Assembly: GCA_017435255.1 (NCBI GenBank)
Contig: JAFSFI010000008.1
Location: 1,765 to 65,764 of the forward strand
Length of the DNA: 64,000 nt
Direction: 5' to 3'
Source: Bacilli bacterium
GTDB lineage: Bacteria > Bacillota_I > Bacilli_A > RF39 > UBA660
The position numbers and the translations under genes were made by a program. Position 1 is the stretch's first letter; each line of letters begins with the position of its first letter. Under the pieces are notes generated by a model. The model saw only the letters and a program-made list of their open reading frames with translations, did not search any database and was not told the DNA's origin. This document shows, in pieces, positions 49,579-59,363 of the stretch.

Positions 49579-50502
49579 ATGCATGTTAGCGTTTTACTAG
49601 AAGAAGCAATCCAAGGTCTTAATTTGAAAGATGACGGTATCTACGTTGATTGCACATTAGGGTATGCTGGACATTCCAGCGAAATTTTAAAGCGAGTAAG
49701 AAGGGGTTGTCTTTTCGCCTTTGATCAAGATAGTGATGCTATAGAATATAGTAAAGAAAGACTATCAAAAATAGGGGATAATTTTACTATTATATATAGT
49801 AATTTTGTTAACTTAAAAGAAGAATTAGAAAAAAGAAATGTAAAAAAAGTTGATGGTATTTTATTTGATTTGGGTGTTTCATCAGTCCAATTAGATGAAG
49901 CTGACAGGGGATTTAGTTATCATCAAGATGCAAAATTAGATATGAGAATGGATAGAAACAATACACTTTCTGCATATGAAGTAGTAAACAATTATAGCGA
50001 AGCGGAACTTGTTAATATCTTTTTCAAGTATGGAGAAGAAAAATATTCAAAAAGCATTGTAAGAGCTATTGTTAAATATCGCGAAACAAAGCATATAGAA
50101 AATACGCTTGAGTTAGTTGAAATAATTAAGAGTGCGATGCCTATGAAGGCTAAAAGAGATAAACATCCTGCAAGGAAAGTTTTTCAAGCTATAAGAATAG
50201 AAGTTAACCATGAGTTGGATATTTTAGAAAAAGCAATAAATGACGCTTTAGATATTCTAAATATTGGTGGTAGAGTTGCCGTAATTACATTTCATTCATT
50301 AGAAGATAAAATAGTAAAAAATATATTTAAGGAAAAAACTCATATAGATGATATGGTAAAAGGACTTCCTAATATACCGGAAGAATATATGAGTAAGTAT
50401 AGATTAGTTAATAATAAAGCAATAGTACCGACAGATGAAGAACTTGAAAATAACAATCGTTCTAGAAGTGCTAAATTAAGGGTAATAGAAAGAATAAGAT
50501 AG
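49579..50502 (+). CDS. rsmH: 16S rRNA (cytosine1402-N4)-methyltransferase RsmH
   Basis: HVSVLLEEAI, YVDCTLGYAGHS, FDLGVSSVQLD, ITFHSLEDKIVK, and SRSAKLRV. Confidence 0.96.
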   Translation: MHVSVLLEEAIQGLNLKDDGIYVDCTLGYAGHSSEILKRVRRGCLFAFDQDSDAIEYSKERLSKIGDNFTIIYSNFVNLKEELEKRNVKKVDGILFDLGVSSVQLDEADRGFSYHQDAKLDMRMDRNNTLSAYEVVNNYSEAELVNIFFKYGEEKYSKSIVRAIVKYRETKHIENTLELVEIIKSAMPMKAKRDKHPARKVFQAIRIEVNHELDILEKAINDALDILNIGGRVAVITFHSLEDKIVKNIFKEKTHIDDMVKGLPNIPEEYMSKYRLVNNKAIVPTDEELENNNRSRSAKLRVIERIR

Positions 50503-50511
50503 GGTGATATC

Positions 50512-50817
50512 ATGAAGAAAAAACGTATGAAGAAAGTATTAAAAATGAGTAAATTTGAAAGATTGTTATATACTTTTACGCTAGTATTGTTAGTATTGTC
50601 TCCTTTTGGAATTGTTTTTTCTCAAGCTACCTTATCTAAAATAAATTTTGATGTAGAAAAAATTAGAAAACAAATTTCTACACAAGAGAAGAAAAATGAA
50701 AGCCTGGCTATGAAAGTTAATGAATTAGCGTCGCTTGATAATATCAAATCTGTTGCTCTAGAGCAAGGTTTAAGTTATAATAATAGTAATATTAAATCAA
50801 TAAGTAATAATAGATAA
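50512..50817 (+). CDS. ftsL: Cell division protein FtsL-like
   Basis: 101 aa with a basic N-terminus, a single TM and a coiled coil. Conserved position between rsmH and the PBP gene. Confidence 0.6.
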   Translation: MKKKRMKKVLKMSKFERLLYTFTLVLLVLSPFGIVFSQATLSKINFDVEKIRKQISTQEKKNESLAMKVNELASLDNIKSVALEQGLSYNNSNIKSISNNR

Positions 50818-50833
50818 TAGATGGTGATTAATA

Positions 50834-52981
50834 ATGGATAAGAAACTAAGGCAAAATAACATAAGAATAAGTTTATTTTTAGTTATTGTTGCTCTAGTTT
50901 TTTTTGTTTTAATTATAGTTAGAGCTGTTCAGTTATCGTTATCCGAAGAAATAGATGGAATAAATTTACAGGATTTTGCTAGTAGTAGGACAACTAAGAC
51001 TGAAATATTGAAAGCTAAAAGAGGTAATATTTATGATAAAAATGGAGATGTTTTAGCACAAAATGTTTCATCTTATACTTTAATAGCGTATTTATCAGAA
51101 TCAAGAACTACAGATATATCTAATCCAAAACATGTAGTAGATAAGGAATATACAGCGCAAATGCTTGCTACTATACTAGATATTAGTGAAGAACAGATAT
51201 TAAATTATTTATCAAAAGAAGGTGTATATCAAACAGAATTTGGTAGTAAAGGAAGAGGTTTAACTGAACTTACTAAGGATGCAATTTTATCTTTAGGTCT
51301 TCCAGGGATAGATTTTATAGAAACACAAAAAAGATATTATCCTTATGGTGATTTTGCTTCATATACTTTAGGTTATGCTAAAACAGTAGTAGTGGAAGAT
51401 GAAGAAGGAAATAGTGAAGAAGCTATTGTTGGTGAGATGGGGATCGAAAAACAGTTTAATGAAGAGTTAAGTGGTGAAGATGGATTTACTTTTTATCAAA
51501 AAGATAGACGTGGATATAAAATACCTGGTACAAAAGAAACCACAGTATCAGCAACTGATGGAAATGATGTGTATTTAACAATTGATTCTAATATTCAGTT
51601 GTTCTTAGAGCGCGCATTAGAAAAAGCTGAATGGGCTAATTTTGAGTGGTCTAATATAATTGTTGCTGACGCTAAAACAGGAGCAATTTTAGCGTCGACT
51701 AGTACACCTTCATATGATCCTAATATTAGAAATATGACTAACTATATTAATTACAACACGAGTTATGCATATGAACCGGGAAGTACTATGAAAATATTTT
51801 CGTATATGGCTGCTATGGAAACAGGAAAATATAATGGGCAAGAAACTTTTAAGTCTGGTGTTTATGTTACTAAAGATGGTACTGAAATAGGGGATCACGA
51901 TCGTAAAGGTTGGGGAGAAATTACTTTTAATTATGGATTTACTTTATCTAGTAACGTGGGTGTAATTAACCTCATCAATAGATATATGGATAGTGATGGT
52001 AAGTATTTAAAATCTTATTATCAAAAACTAGGTTTTGGTTCTAAAACAGGAATAGAACTTCCTAATGAATCAGCCGGGAAAATTGCATTTAAATACGAAA
52101 CAGAAATATTAAATGCTGGATTTGGACAAGGGATTACCACAACTCCTATCCAGTATATTAAGGCTATGACATCTCTTACTAATAATGGTGTATTAATGCA
52201 ACCATATATTGTAGATAAAATAGTTGATAGCCATACAGGTGAAATAGTATATCAAGGCGAAAAAAAGGAACTAGAACAAGTAGCTAGTAAAGATACAGTT
52301 AATAATATTAAAGCATTAATGAGAACTGTAATTGAAGATCCAACTGGTACTGGACATATATATTATATGGAAGGATATGATACTATTGCTAAAACTGGAA
52401 CAGCTCAGGTTGCGGATAAAGGAGGATATGGTAGTAGTGTTATTCGTAGTTATGCAGGAATTTATCCTGGAAATGATCCGAGTATAATAGTTTATTATTC
52501 GGCTAAGGATAATGGGGATTCCGGTGTTTGGGCGATGAAAGATGTTATAAAAGAATTGATTGCTAATATTAGTAAATATTTAGAAATAGATACACAATTA
52601 GAGGAAGATGTAAAAGATTTAAAAGAATATCAACTACCTTCATTTGTGAATAAAAACACAAATGAGATAACCAATACATTAAAAAATGAAGGGTTAAATT
52701 GTGTAGTAATCGGTAATGGAGATAAAATAATAAAACAATATCCAAATTTTAATACAACAGTGTCAGAATTAGATAAAATATTTCTTGTTACTAACGATGA
52801 AAACATTTTAATGCCTAATTTAGTTGGATATAGTTTGATAGAAACTAGGACTTTATTAAATCTTCTTGACATAGAGTACGATGTTGAAGGAAATGGTTAT
52901 GTTACTAGTCAAAGTATACCAGCAGGCACAAAAATAAAAAAAGGTGATTTAATACATTTAGTGTTAAATCCAAAATTTTAA
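50834..52981 (+). CDS. Class B penicillin-binding protein (PBP2B/SpoVD-type) with a C-terminal PASTA domain
   Basis: N-terminal TM and dimerisation domain. SxxK as GSTMK, SxN as LSSN, KTGTA. PASTA segment MPNLVGYSLIETRTLL... Confidence 0.88.
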   Translation: MDKKLRQNNIRISLFLVIVALVFFVLIIVRAVQLSLSEEIDGINLQDFASSRTTKTEILKAKRGNIYDKNGDVLAQNVSSYTLIAYLSESRTTDISNPKHVVDKEYTAQMLATILDISEEQILNYLSKEGVYQTEFGSKGRGLTELTKDAILSLGLPGIDFIETQKRYYPYGDFASYTLGYAKTVVVEDEEGNSEEAIVGEMGIEKQFNEELSGEDGFTFYQKDRRGYKIPGTKETTVSATDGNDVYLTIDSNIQLFLERALEKAEWANFEWSNIIVADAKTGAILASTSTPSYDPNIRNMTNYINYNTSYAYEPGSTMKIFSYMAAMETGKYNGQETFKSGVYVTKDGTEIGDHDRKGWGEITFNYGFTLSSNVGVINLINRYMDSDGKYLKSYYQKLGFGSKTGIELPNESAGKIAFKYETEILNAGFGQGITTTPIQYIKAMTSLTNNGVLMQPYIVDKIVDSHTGEIVYQGEKKELEQVASKDTVNNIKALMRTVIEDPTGTGHIYYMEGYDTIAKTGTAQVADKGGYGSSVIRSYAGIYPGNDPSIIVYYSAKDNGDSGVWAMKDVIKELIANISKYLEIDTQLEEDVKDLKEYQLPSFVNKNTNEITNTLKNEGLNCVVIGNGDKIIKQYPNFNTTVSELDKIFLVTNDENILMPNLVGYSLIETRTLLNLLDIEYDVEGNGYVTSQSIPAGTKIKKGDLIHLVLNPKF

Positions 52982-53076
52982 GTGTAAAGAAAGAGCAATA
53001 GTTCTTTTTTTTCTTGATTTAAGAAATAATAAAATAGTATACTATATGTAGATTATAAATAGTCCGGAGGGATGTT

Positions 53077-54816
53077 ATGAAAAAGAAAAAGAATATAATA
53101 ATTCTGTCGATGGTAATGTCGGTTTTAGTAATGGCTGTAGTGTTTGCGGCTTTACAAACTAGATTAAGCATAAATGGTGTAAGTACTATTACGAGTACAT
53201 GGAAAGTAGAAATTACGAGCATCACTAGTGAAGCTTTTGGGGATGCATATTTGTTAGAATCTCCAGTTTATTCTAGTACTAATGCCACTATTAATACAGG
53301 TTTAAAAAAACCAGGTGATAAAATGGTTTATAGTATTACTGTAGCTAATTCTGGTACAGTAAACGCTATTATTGAAGATGTGTCTATAGATACTAGTGGT
53401 AGTGCATATATTATATATGATGTTGAAGGAATTGAAAGTCAAACTAGACTAGAGGCTGGGAAAACTGTAACTTTTTCTATATCAGTAGAGTTTGATAGTA
53501 ATGCTACATCTATTCCTAGTGAAAACTCTAAGGAAATTAATATGAATATCATTACTATTCAAGATGATGGTCAACAGTTAACGCCATCTAATCCAAATAT
53601 AAATCAAAATCTATTGTTAACTACCAAAATATTGAAAAATAATATAGTTTACGCTGATAATGTAGCAAGTACATATGTAAGTAGTGAAACAGGAATAGAT
53701 TTTAGTCAAGCAAGTAGTGATACAAATGGAAAAGGATTGTACTATACATCTACGAATACCGAAGGTAATAAAAAGACATATTACTTTAGAGGAGCTGTAG
53801 ATAACAACTATGTACAGTTTGGCAAAGGTTTGGTGCAGAGAGAAGCTTGTATGTATAATGGGGTAGAATTAACTCACTATGATGGAAAATCGAGTGTCGA
53901 TAACGACTCTGGTAACTGTGCTTACGTATGTCAGTTATCAGATGGAAAACTAGTAACTGGTGGATATTTCCCAGATTGGTTTTGTACAGATAATTTAGGT
54001 GGAACTTACATGAGTGGAAGTGCAAGCATTGAACTAGTGGATGTAGAGACAGATATTCTATGGAGAATAATAAGAATAAATGAAGATGGAAGCGTTAGAT
54101 TAATAACAGAGAATATTACATCAACAAGTAAATTTAATAATTATGATCATGATAATGCGTATGTTGGATATATGTATGGAACTCCAGGAAGCACAAGTTA
54201 TAAGGAAACACATAAGAATACAAATGACAGCCAAATAAAGACAAATTTAGATAATTGGTATATGATGTTCATGGGAAGTTATTCAAGTTATTTAGCTGAT
54301 GCTGGATTTTGTAATGATAGAAGTATAGCTCCAAGCGCTGGAATGTGGTCGTCGTATGATACTGCATTGGGATATGGGACAAATGAAACAAATTATGGAG
54401 CATATAACAGGCTATATAATACAAATCAACCACAGTTTGTATGTCCTCAAAAGAACGATTTATTTACGCTTACGACAAGTGGTAAAGGAAATAAAAAATT
54501 GAGATTTCCTATTGGATTAATAACAATAGATGAAGTAGTATATGCCGGTGGAAAACTGATAACAGAAGGAACTGAAAATCATTATTTAGTAAATTTCGAC
54601 TATTGGTGGACAATGTCTGCTGCAGCATATGGCGGTGGTGATACAAGAAACTGGTATTATTACGATGATGCTGACGGTAATAATCACATATATAATTCTT
54701 ATACTACCGATGCTTTCGGAATACGTCCAGTAATCAATTTGAGGGGAGACGTAGAAGTAGTTAATGAAGATGCAGATGGTACTATAGATAATCCTTACAT
54801 TATTAAAACTAATTAA
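53077..54816 (+). CDS. Secreted or membrane-anchored hypothetical protein
   Basis: RBS GGAGGG. N-terminal KKKK plus a hydrophobic anchor. The C-terminal region has YWWTMS...AFGIRPVINL, a pattern I associate with an uncharacterised Firmicute surface-protein domain. Confidence 0.5.
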   Translation: MKKKKNIIILSMVMSVLVMAVVFAALQTRLSINGVSTITSTWKVEITSITSEAFGDAYLLESPVYSSTNATINTGLKKPGDKMVYSITVANSGTVNAIIEDVSIDTSGSAYIIYDVEGIESQTRLEAGKTVTFSISVEFDSNATSIPSENSKEINMNIITIQDDGQQLTPSNPNINQNLLLTTKILKNNIVYADNVASTYVSSETGIDFSQASSDTNGKGLYYTSTNTEGNKKTYYFRGAVDNNYVQFGKGLVQREACMYNGVELTHYDGKSSVDNDSGNCAYVCQLSDGKLVTGGYFPDWFCTDNLGGTYMSGSASIELVDVETDILWRIIRINEDGSVRLITENITSTSKFNNYDHDNAYVGYMYGTPGSTSYKETHKNTNDSQIKTNLDNWYMMFMGSYSSYLADAGFCNDRSIAPSAGMWSSYDTALGYGTNETNYGAYNRLYNTNQPQFVCPQKNDLFTLTTSGKGNKKLRFPIGLITIDEVVYAGGKLITEGTENHYLVNFDYWWTMSAAAYGGGDTRNWYYYDDADGNNHIYNSYTTDAFGIRPVINLRGDVEVVNEDADGTIDNPYIIKTN

Positions 54817-54817
54817 C

Positions 54818-54845
54818 AAAAGAGACTTAAATGTCTCTTTTTTAT
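54818..54845 (+). terminator. Rho-independent terminator
   Basis: AGAGAC-TTAAAT-GTCTCT hairpin followed by T6. Confidence 0.75.
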
Positions 54846-54914
54846 AAAAAAACAAATTTATATGGTACAAATTACTAAAAATGTGTTATAATCAAATAGC
54901 GTTGGTGGTAATTT

Positions 54915-54990
54915 GGGCTGTTAGCTCAGTTGGTAGAGCAACTGACTCTTAATCAGTGGGTCTAGGGTTCGAATCCCTAACAGCCCACCA
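54915..54990 (+). tRNA. tRNA-Lys (anticodon CUU), CCA encoded
   Basis: Acceptor GGGCTGT, anticodon stem ACTGA/TCAGT with loop CTCTTAA, T-arm GGGTTCGAATCCC, 3' CCA. Confidence 0.92.
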
Positions 54991-55000
54991 TATGTTAATT

Positions 55001-55030
55001 AGAACTTATTTTAAGTTCTTTTTTCTTTTT
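55001..55030 (+). terminator. Rho-independent terminator after tRNA-Lys
   Basis: AGAACTTA-TTT-TAAGTTCT hairpin followed by a T-run. Confidence 0.75.
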
Positions 55031-55040
55031 ATAATAACCA

Positions 55041-55070
55041 ACAAAAAAAGCATAACTTTTGTTATGCTTT
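55041..55070 (-). terminator. Rho-independent terminator for the minus-strand tRNA-Ser
   Basis: AAAGCATAAC-TTTT-GTTATGCTTT hairpin. The T-run is on the minus strand (plus-strand A7 at 55043-49). Confidence 0.7.
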
Positions 55071-55080
55071 ATTTATATAA

Positions 55081-55171
55081 TGGCGGAGACGGAGGGATTT
55101 GAACCCTCGCACCAGTTACCCGATCTACACCCTTAGCAGGGGCGCCTCTTCAGCCTCTTGAGTACGTCTCC
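55081..55171 (-). tRNA. tRNA-Ser (anticodon GCU), long variable arm, CCA encoded
   Basis: The reverse complement reads GGAGACG...CTGCTAA (anticodon loop)...a long extra arm...GGGTTCAAATCCCTC...CGTCTCCGCCA. 91 nt. Confidence 0.9.
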
Positions 55172-55277
55172 ATTACCAAGGCAACAAAATAATTATACAT
55201 GAACTTTTGCTTAATAGTCAATATAAATTATAAAAACTTTTAATTTTATGATATAATTTTTGTATGAGGAGAAGCAT

Positions 55278-55985
55278 ATGAAATTAGTTATTAAAGATTT
55301 AATAAAAAGTTATGAAGAAAAAGAAGTGTTGAAGGGAATTAACTTTGAGTTTGAAAGTGGAAAAATATATGGACTTTTAGGTAGAAATGGTGCTGGAAAA
55401 ACAACTTTATTTAACTGCTTAAATGAAGATATAGGAGTTAATTCCGGCGAGTTTTTTCTTTCGTTAAATGAAGAAGATAAAAAAATAGAGTCTAGTGATA
55501 TTGGGTATGTTTTATCGACACCTATTGTACCTGAATTTTTAACAGGAAGAGAATTCTTAAAGTTTTTTATAGATATAAATAAAGATAAAATAGAAGATTT
55601 GAAGACAATAGATGAATATTTTGATTTAGTAAAAATTGATGTAGAAGATAGAGATAAATTATTAAGAGAATACTCCCACGGTATGAAAAATAAAATGCAA
55701 ATGCTAGTCAATATTATTTATAATCCCAAAATATTGTTATTAGATGAACCACTTACTTCCTTTGATGTGGTAGTAGCAGAGGAAATGAAAAAACTACTAA
55801 AAAAGATTAAAAAAGATAAGATTTTGATTTTTTCTACACATATTATGGAACTTGCATTAGATTTGTGTGATGAAATCGTAATCTTAAATAAAGGAAAATT
55901 AGAAAAGATGACTAAAAATAATTTAAGCGAAAAGGAATTCAAAGAAAAAATTATTAATACATTAAAAGGTGAAGATAATGTTTAA
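55278..55985 (+). CDS. ABC transporter ATP-binding protein
   Basis: ATG at 55278 follows GAGGAG. Walker A GRNGAGKTT, divergent signature YSHGMKNK, Walker B ILLLDEPLTSFD. Confidence 0.85.
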   Translation: MKLVIKDLIKSYEEKEVLKGINFEFESGKIYGLLGRNGAGKTTLFNCLNEDIGVNSGEFFLSLNEEDKKIESSDIGYVLSTPIVPEFLTGREFLKFFIDINKDKIEDLKTIDEYFDLVKIDVEDRDKLLREYSHGMKNKMQMLVNIIYNPKILLLDEPLTSFDVVVAEEMKKLLKKIKKDKILIFSTHIMELALDLCDEIVILNKGKLEKMTKNNLSEKEFKEKIINTLKGEDNV

Positions 55986-57543
55986 TGTGGTTATTAATTC
56001 TTTTAAATTTAATAATGCTTATAATAAAAATGCTTTTATTTATAGGTTGAGACAACTTCCCTTAATAGGAAACAAGATTCCTAAAGATTTATATCATAGT
56101 TATCTTTTGGATGTTTTAATTAATTTATGTGTTGGAGTTTATACTTTAATAAAACCGTTTTTAGGGAAATTTATATATTTGTTATTTTTTCTTTTAATAC
56201 CTATGGAATTTTTGAAAAATTCTAATTCTTTTGTAAATATTTTTGTTTTTTTAACGCTTATAGGTGGAATTTTTAACACATTCATGTTTAATCCTACTAA
56301 AAATAAATATTATGCAATGATACTGATGAGGATGAATGCAAAAAAATATGCTATATCTCATTTAATTTGGTTTTTATTAGAAAATTTAATTAGCTTTTAC
56401 CCGGCAGTTATATTATATGGATATATGTATAATGTTAATATTTTCTTATTAATTTTGTTACCTATATTTGTGGTTTTAACTAAATTAATTGGGAATTATA
56501 TACTCTTAAAATATTATGATATAACAAATAGGGTTTTAAGTGAAAACAATTTTTATTTAATAGGTAGTGTATCACTTGTGGGACTCTCTTTGGCATATTT
56601 ACTACCTTATTTTGGGTATAGTATTACACCAATAGTATTTATAACAATATTTGTACTTTTCTTTATCTTAGGAATAATATCATTAATATATATTTTGAAA
56701 AATAATAATTATAATCAAATATACAAGAAAATGTTGAACTTAAATAGTGTTATTTTTAATACAGAAAAAGCTTCTAATGATAATATGAAAAAACAGTATT
56801 CTTTGAAGATTGAAAGTAATAATGTTACTAGTAATAAAGAAGGTTATGAATATTTTAATGATTTATTTATGAAAAGACATAGGAGTCTACTTACAAAATC
56901 TGCAATTAAATTTGCAGTAATAATAGCGGTTGTTTTAATAATTTTAATGATAGGATCATATATAGATAAAAGTTCTTATAGTGAAATCAATCAAATTCCG
57001 CTTAAGTCGTTACCTTATTTTGTCTTTATAATGTATTTTATAAATAGAGGAAGCACAATAACACAGGCAATGTTTATTAATTGTGATAATTCTATGCTTG
57101 CATATCGTTTTTATAGAGAACCAAAAGTTATTCTTAGTTTATTTAAAACTAGATTAAAGACATTAATTAAAATTAATATGATACCAACTTTAGTACTTGC
57201 TATAGGACTTCCTTTATTATTATTTGTTACTGGTGGTACAAGTAATTATCTAAATTATATTTTATTGTTTATTTCAATAGTCTCATTATCAGTATTTTTT
57301 TCAGTTCATCATTTAGTTATTTATTATTTATTACAGCCATACGATATTGATATGAAAGCTAAAAGTGGTACTTATGGTATGGTTAATGGAATTACTTATT
57401 TTGTTTGTTATATGTTTATTGATGTCAAGGTTCCAACCATTACTTTTGCAACAATTGTTACGGTGTTTGCTATTTGTTATGTATTAATATCTCTTTTATT
57501 AGTATATAAATACGCGCCTAATACTTTTAAATTAAAACAATAA
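55978..57543 (+). CDS. Polytopic membrane protein, putative permease partner of the upstream ABC ATPase
   Basis: Overlaps the ATPase stop. More than 10 predicted TM segments. No recognised family. Start is either ATG 55978 or GTG 55969. Confidence 0.6.
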   Translation: MFNVVINSFKFNNAYNKNAFIYRLRQLPLIGNKIPKDLYHSYLLDVLINLCVGVYTLIKPFLGKFIYLLFFLLIPMEFLKNSNSFVNIFVFLTLIGGIFNTFMFNPTKNKYYAMILMRMNAKKYAISHLIWFLLENLISFYPAVILYGYMYNVNIFLLILLPIFVVLTKLIGNYILLKYYDITNRVLSENNFYLIGSVSLVGLSLAYLLPYFGYSITPIVFITIFVLFFILGIISLIYILKNNNYNQIYKKMLNLNSVIFNTEKASNDNMKKQYSLKIESNNVTSNKEGYEYFNDLFMKRHRSLLTKSAIKFAVIIAVVLIILMIGSYIDKSSYSEINQIPLKSLPYFVFIMYFINRGSTITQAMFINCDNSMLAYRFYREPKVILSLFKTRLKTLIKINMIPTLVLAIGLPLLLFVTGGTSNYLNYILLFISIVSLSVFFSVHHLVIYYLLQPYDIDMKAKSGTYGMVNGITYFVCYMFIDVKVPTITFATIVTVFAICYVLISLLLVYKYAPNTFKLKQ

Positions 57544-57575
57544 ATGATACAATTAGTTTTGTTAGGAGGGTTAAT

Positions 57576-58406
57576 ATGATTAAGGCAAAACCGTTTGTTA
57601 AATGGGCAGGAGGAAAACGTCAAATAATAAAGGAACTTATGAAATATGTTCCAGAAGATTATAATTGTTATTATGAACCATTTATAGGTGGAGGGGCCTT
57701 GTTTTTTGAACTAGCTCCTAAATGTGCAGTTATAAATGACAGTAATAGTGAACTTATGAATGTTTATAATGTTATGTGTGACGAAGATAAATATAGTAAA
57801 ATGTGCAGATTGTTAAACAGCTATGAAGTCAAGAATTGTGAAGAATTTTACTATGAATTAAGAAATAAAGATAGAGATAAAGAGAAATTTAATAAATTAA
57901 GTGATTATGCTAAAGCTGCGCGTACTATTTATTTAAATAAGGCTTGTTTCAATGGATTATATAGAGTTAATTCTAAAGGAGAATTTAATGTTCCGTATAA
58001 TAAGAAAACAAAAGTTAATACTTATGATAAAGAGAATTTGTTAGTAGTTCATATGTATTTAAATATGAATGATGTTAAAATACTTAATACTGATTTTGAA
58101 GAGACGTTAAAATTAGCTAAAAAAGGGGATTTTGTATATATAGATCCACCTTATGATCAAATTAATTCTTCTTTTACTTCTTATACGGAAGAAGGTTTTG
58201 GAAAGAATGAACAAAAACGTTTAGCAAGAGTTTATAAAGAATTAGATGAACGTGGTGTAAAAGTAATGCTTTCAAATCATAATACACCTTTAATAAATGA
58301 ACTATATAAAGATTTTAATATTCATATAATTGAAGCTAAAAGAAATATAAATTCGAAAGGCACCGGAAGAGGAAAAGTGGAAGAAGTTATTGTTACTAAT
58401 TATTAA
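57576..58406 (+). CDS. dam: Dam-family (D12 class) N6-adenine DNA methyltransferase; apparently an orphan
   Basis: KPFVKWAGGKRQII, the FxGxG region EPFIGGGALFFE, YLNKACFNGLYRVN and catalytic DPPY (VYIDPPYD). No endonuclease-like neighbour. Confidence 0.88.
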   Translation: MIKAKPFVKWAGGKRQIIKELMKYVPEDYNCYYEPFIGGGALFFELAPKCAVINDSNSELMNVYNVMCDEDKYSKMCRLLNSYEVKNCEEFYYELRNKDRDKEKFNKLSDYAKAARTIYLNKACFNGLYRVNSKGEFNVPYNKKTKVNTYDKENLLVVHMYLNMNDVKILNTDFEETLKLAKKGDFVYIDPPYDQINSSFTSYTEEGFGKNEQKRLARVYKELDERGVKVMLSNHNTPLINELYKDFNIHIIEAKRNINSKGTGRGKVEEVIVTNY

Positions 58407-58505
58407 GAAACAAATTGATTATTGTTTCTTTTTTTACGAGAATATTTAATCTTGAATTTACGATAAAGATATTATATAATAAAGAAGAAAGTAGAGGGAT
58501 GTACT

Positions 58506-59282
58506 ATGGATAATGAAGAAAAGAAAGTAAAAAACACTAAAACTGTTAAAACAACTGCTAAAAAAGCAGCTCCAAAGAAAGAGGCTAAGACTACTACTGT
58601 TAAAAGGGCAACTGTAGCAAAAAAGAAAGAAGAAGTAAAGGCTTCTACAAAAACAAAAGCAGCGACTGCATCATCTAATCCTAAAACGGAAAAGAAAACA
58701 GCTACAAGTAAGACTGCTTCTAAAACAACAACTACTAAAAGAGTTGTAAAAAAATTACCAGATAAGAAAGAAGTTGTTGTTCCTGTAAAAGAAGAAGTAA
58801 AGGTAGTGAAACCAAAAGAAAAGAAAGTAGTTACCAATGAGGAAAAAGTGGTTGAACCTAAAGTTTCTAAAAAAGAATTGAAAGAAATTAGAAAGAAAAG
58901 ATATATATTTGAAGCAATAGTAATTCTTGCTCTTGTAGCAATCGCATTGGTATTAGTTTTTAACCGTACATTTTTAAGTGTTAATTATAAAACGGATAGT
59001 GTAGATTTAGAAATACCTAGATTTAGTTATTTTATAAGTGATGAAGATAATGTAGTTAAACTAGTTACTTTAAGAAAATCAGAAAATTTAAATGAATATT
59101 ATAATGAATATTTAGAAGGTTTTACATTCTATAGTTGTGCAGAGGGTGATACAACTTTCTATTATGATGAAAAAACAGATACTTTGATTAAAGAAATTAA
59201 AGTTGAAAAGAATTTTGCATTAAAAACAGTAAGTATTATGTATGATACTAGAACTCCAGAAGAAGTTTGTGGATTAAGATAA
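58506..59282 (+). CDS. Membrane protein with a K/T/A-rich histone-H1-like cytoplasmic N-terminus
   Basis: The first ~130 aa are Lys/Thr/Ala/Val-rich low complexity (KTTAKKAAPKKEAKTTTVKR...), followed by one TM and a ~110-aa C-terminal domain. Confidence 0.6.
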   Translation: MDNEEKKVKNTKTVKTTAKKAAPKKEAKTTTVKRATVAKKKEEVKASTKTKAATASSNPKTEKKTATSKTASKTTTTKRVVKKLPDKKEVVVPVKEEVKVVKPKEKKVVTNEEKVVEPKVSKKELKEIRKKRYIFEAIVILALVAIALVLVFNRTFLSVNYKTDSVDLEIPRFSYFISDEDNVVKLVTLRKSENLNEYYNEYLEGFTFYSCAEGDTTFYYDEKTDTLIKEIKVEKNFALKTVSIMYDTRTPEEVCGLR

Positions 59283-59363
59283 AAAACACATGATTGTGTT
59301 TTTTTTTTTTGACATTTTTTAAAATTTGTGATATAATTAGCGCACTAATTGGGGGTAGATAGT

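Noticed and set aside
58472-58837. 121-aa minus-strand ORF rich in F/T/V/S.
   Set aside because: It is antisense to the Lys/Thr/Ala-rich region of the 58506 gene. The plus-strand ORF has an RBS-compatible start and continues into a TM segment and a globular domain.
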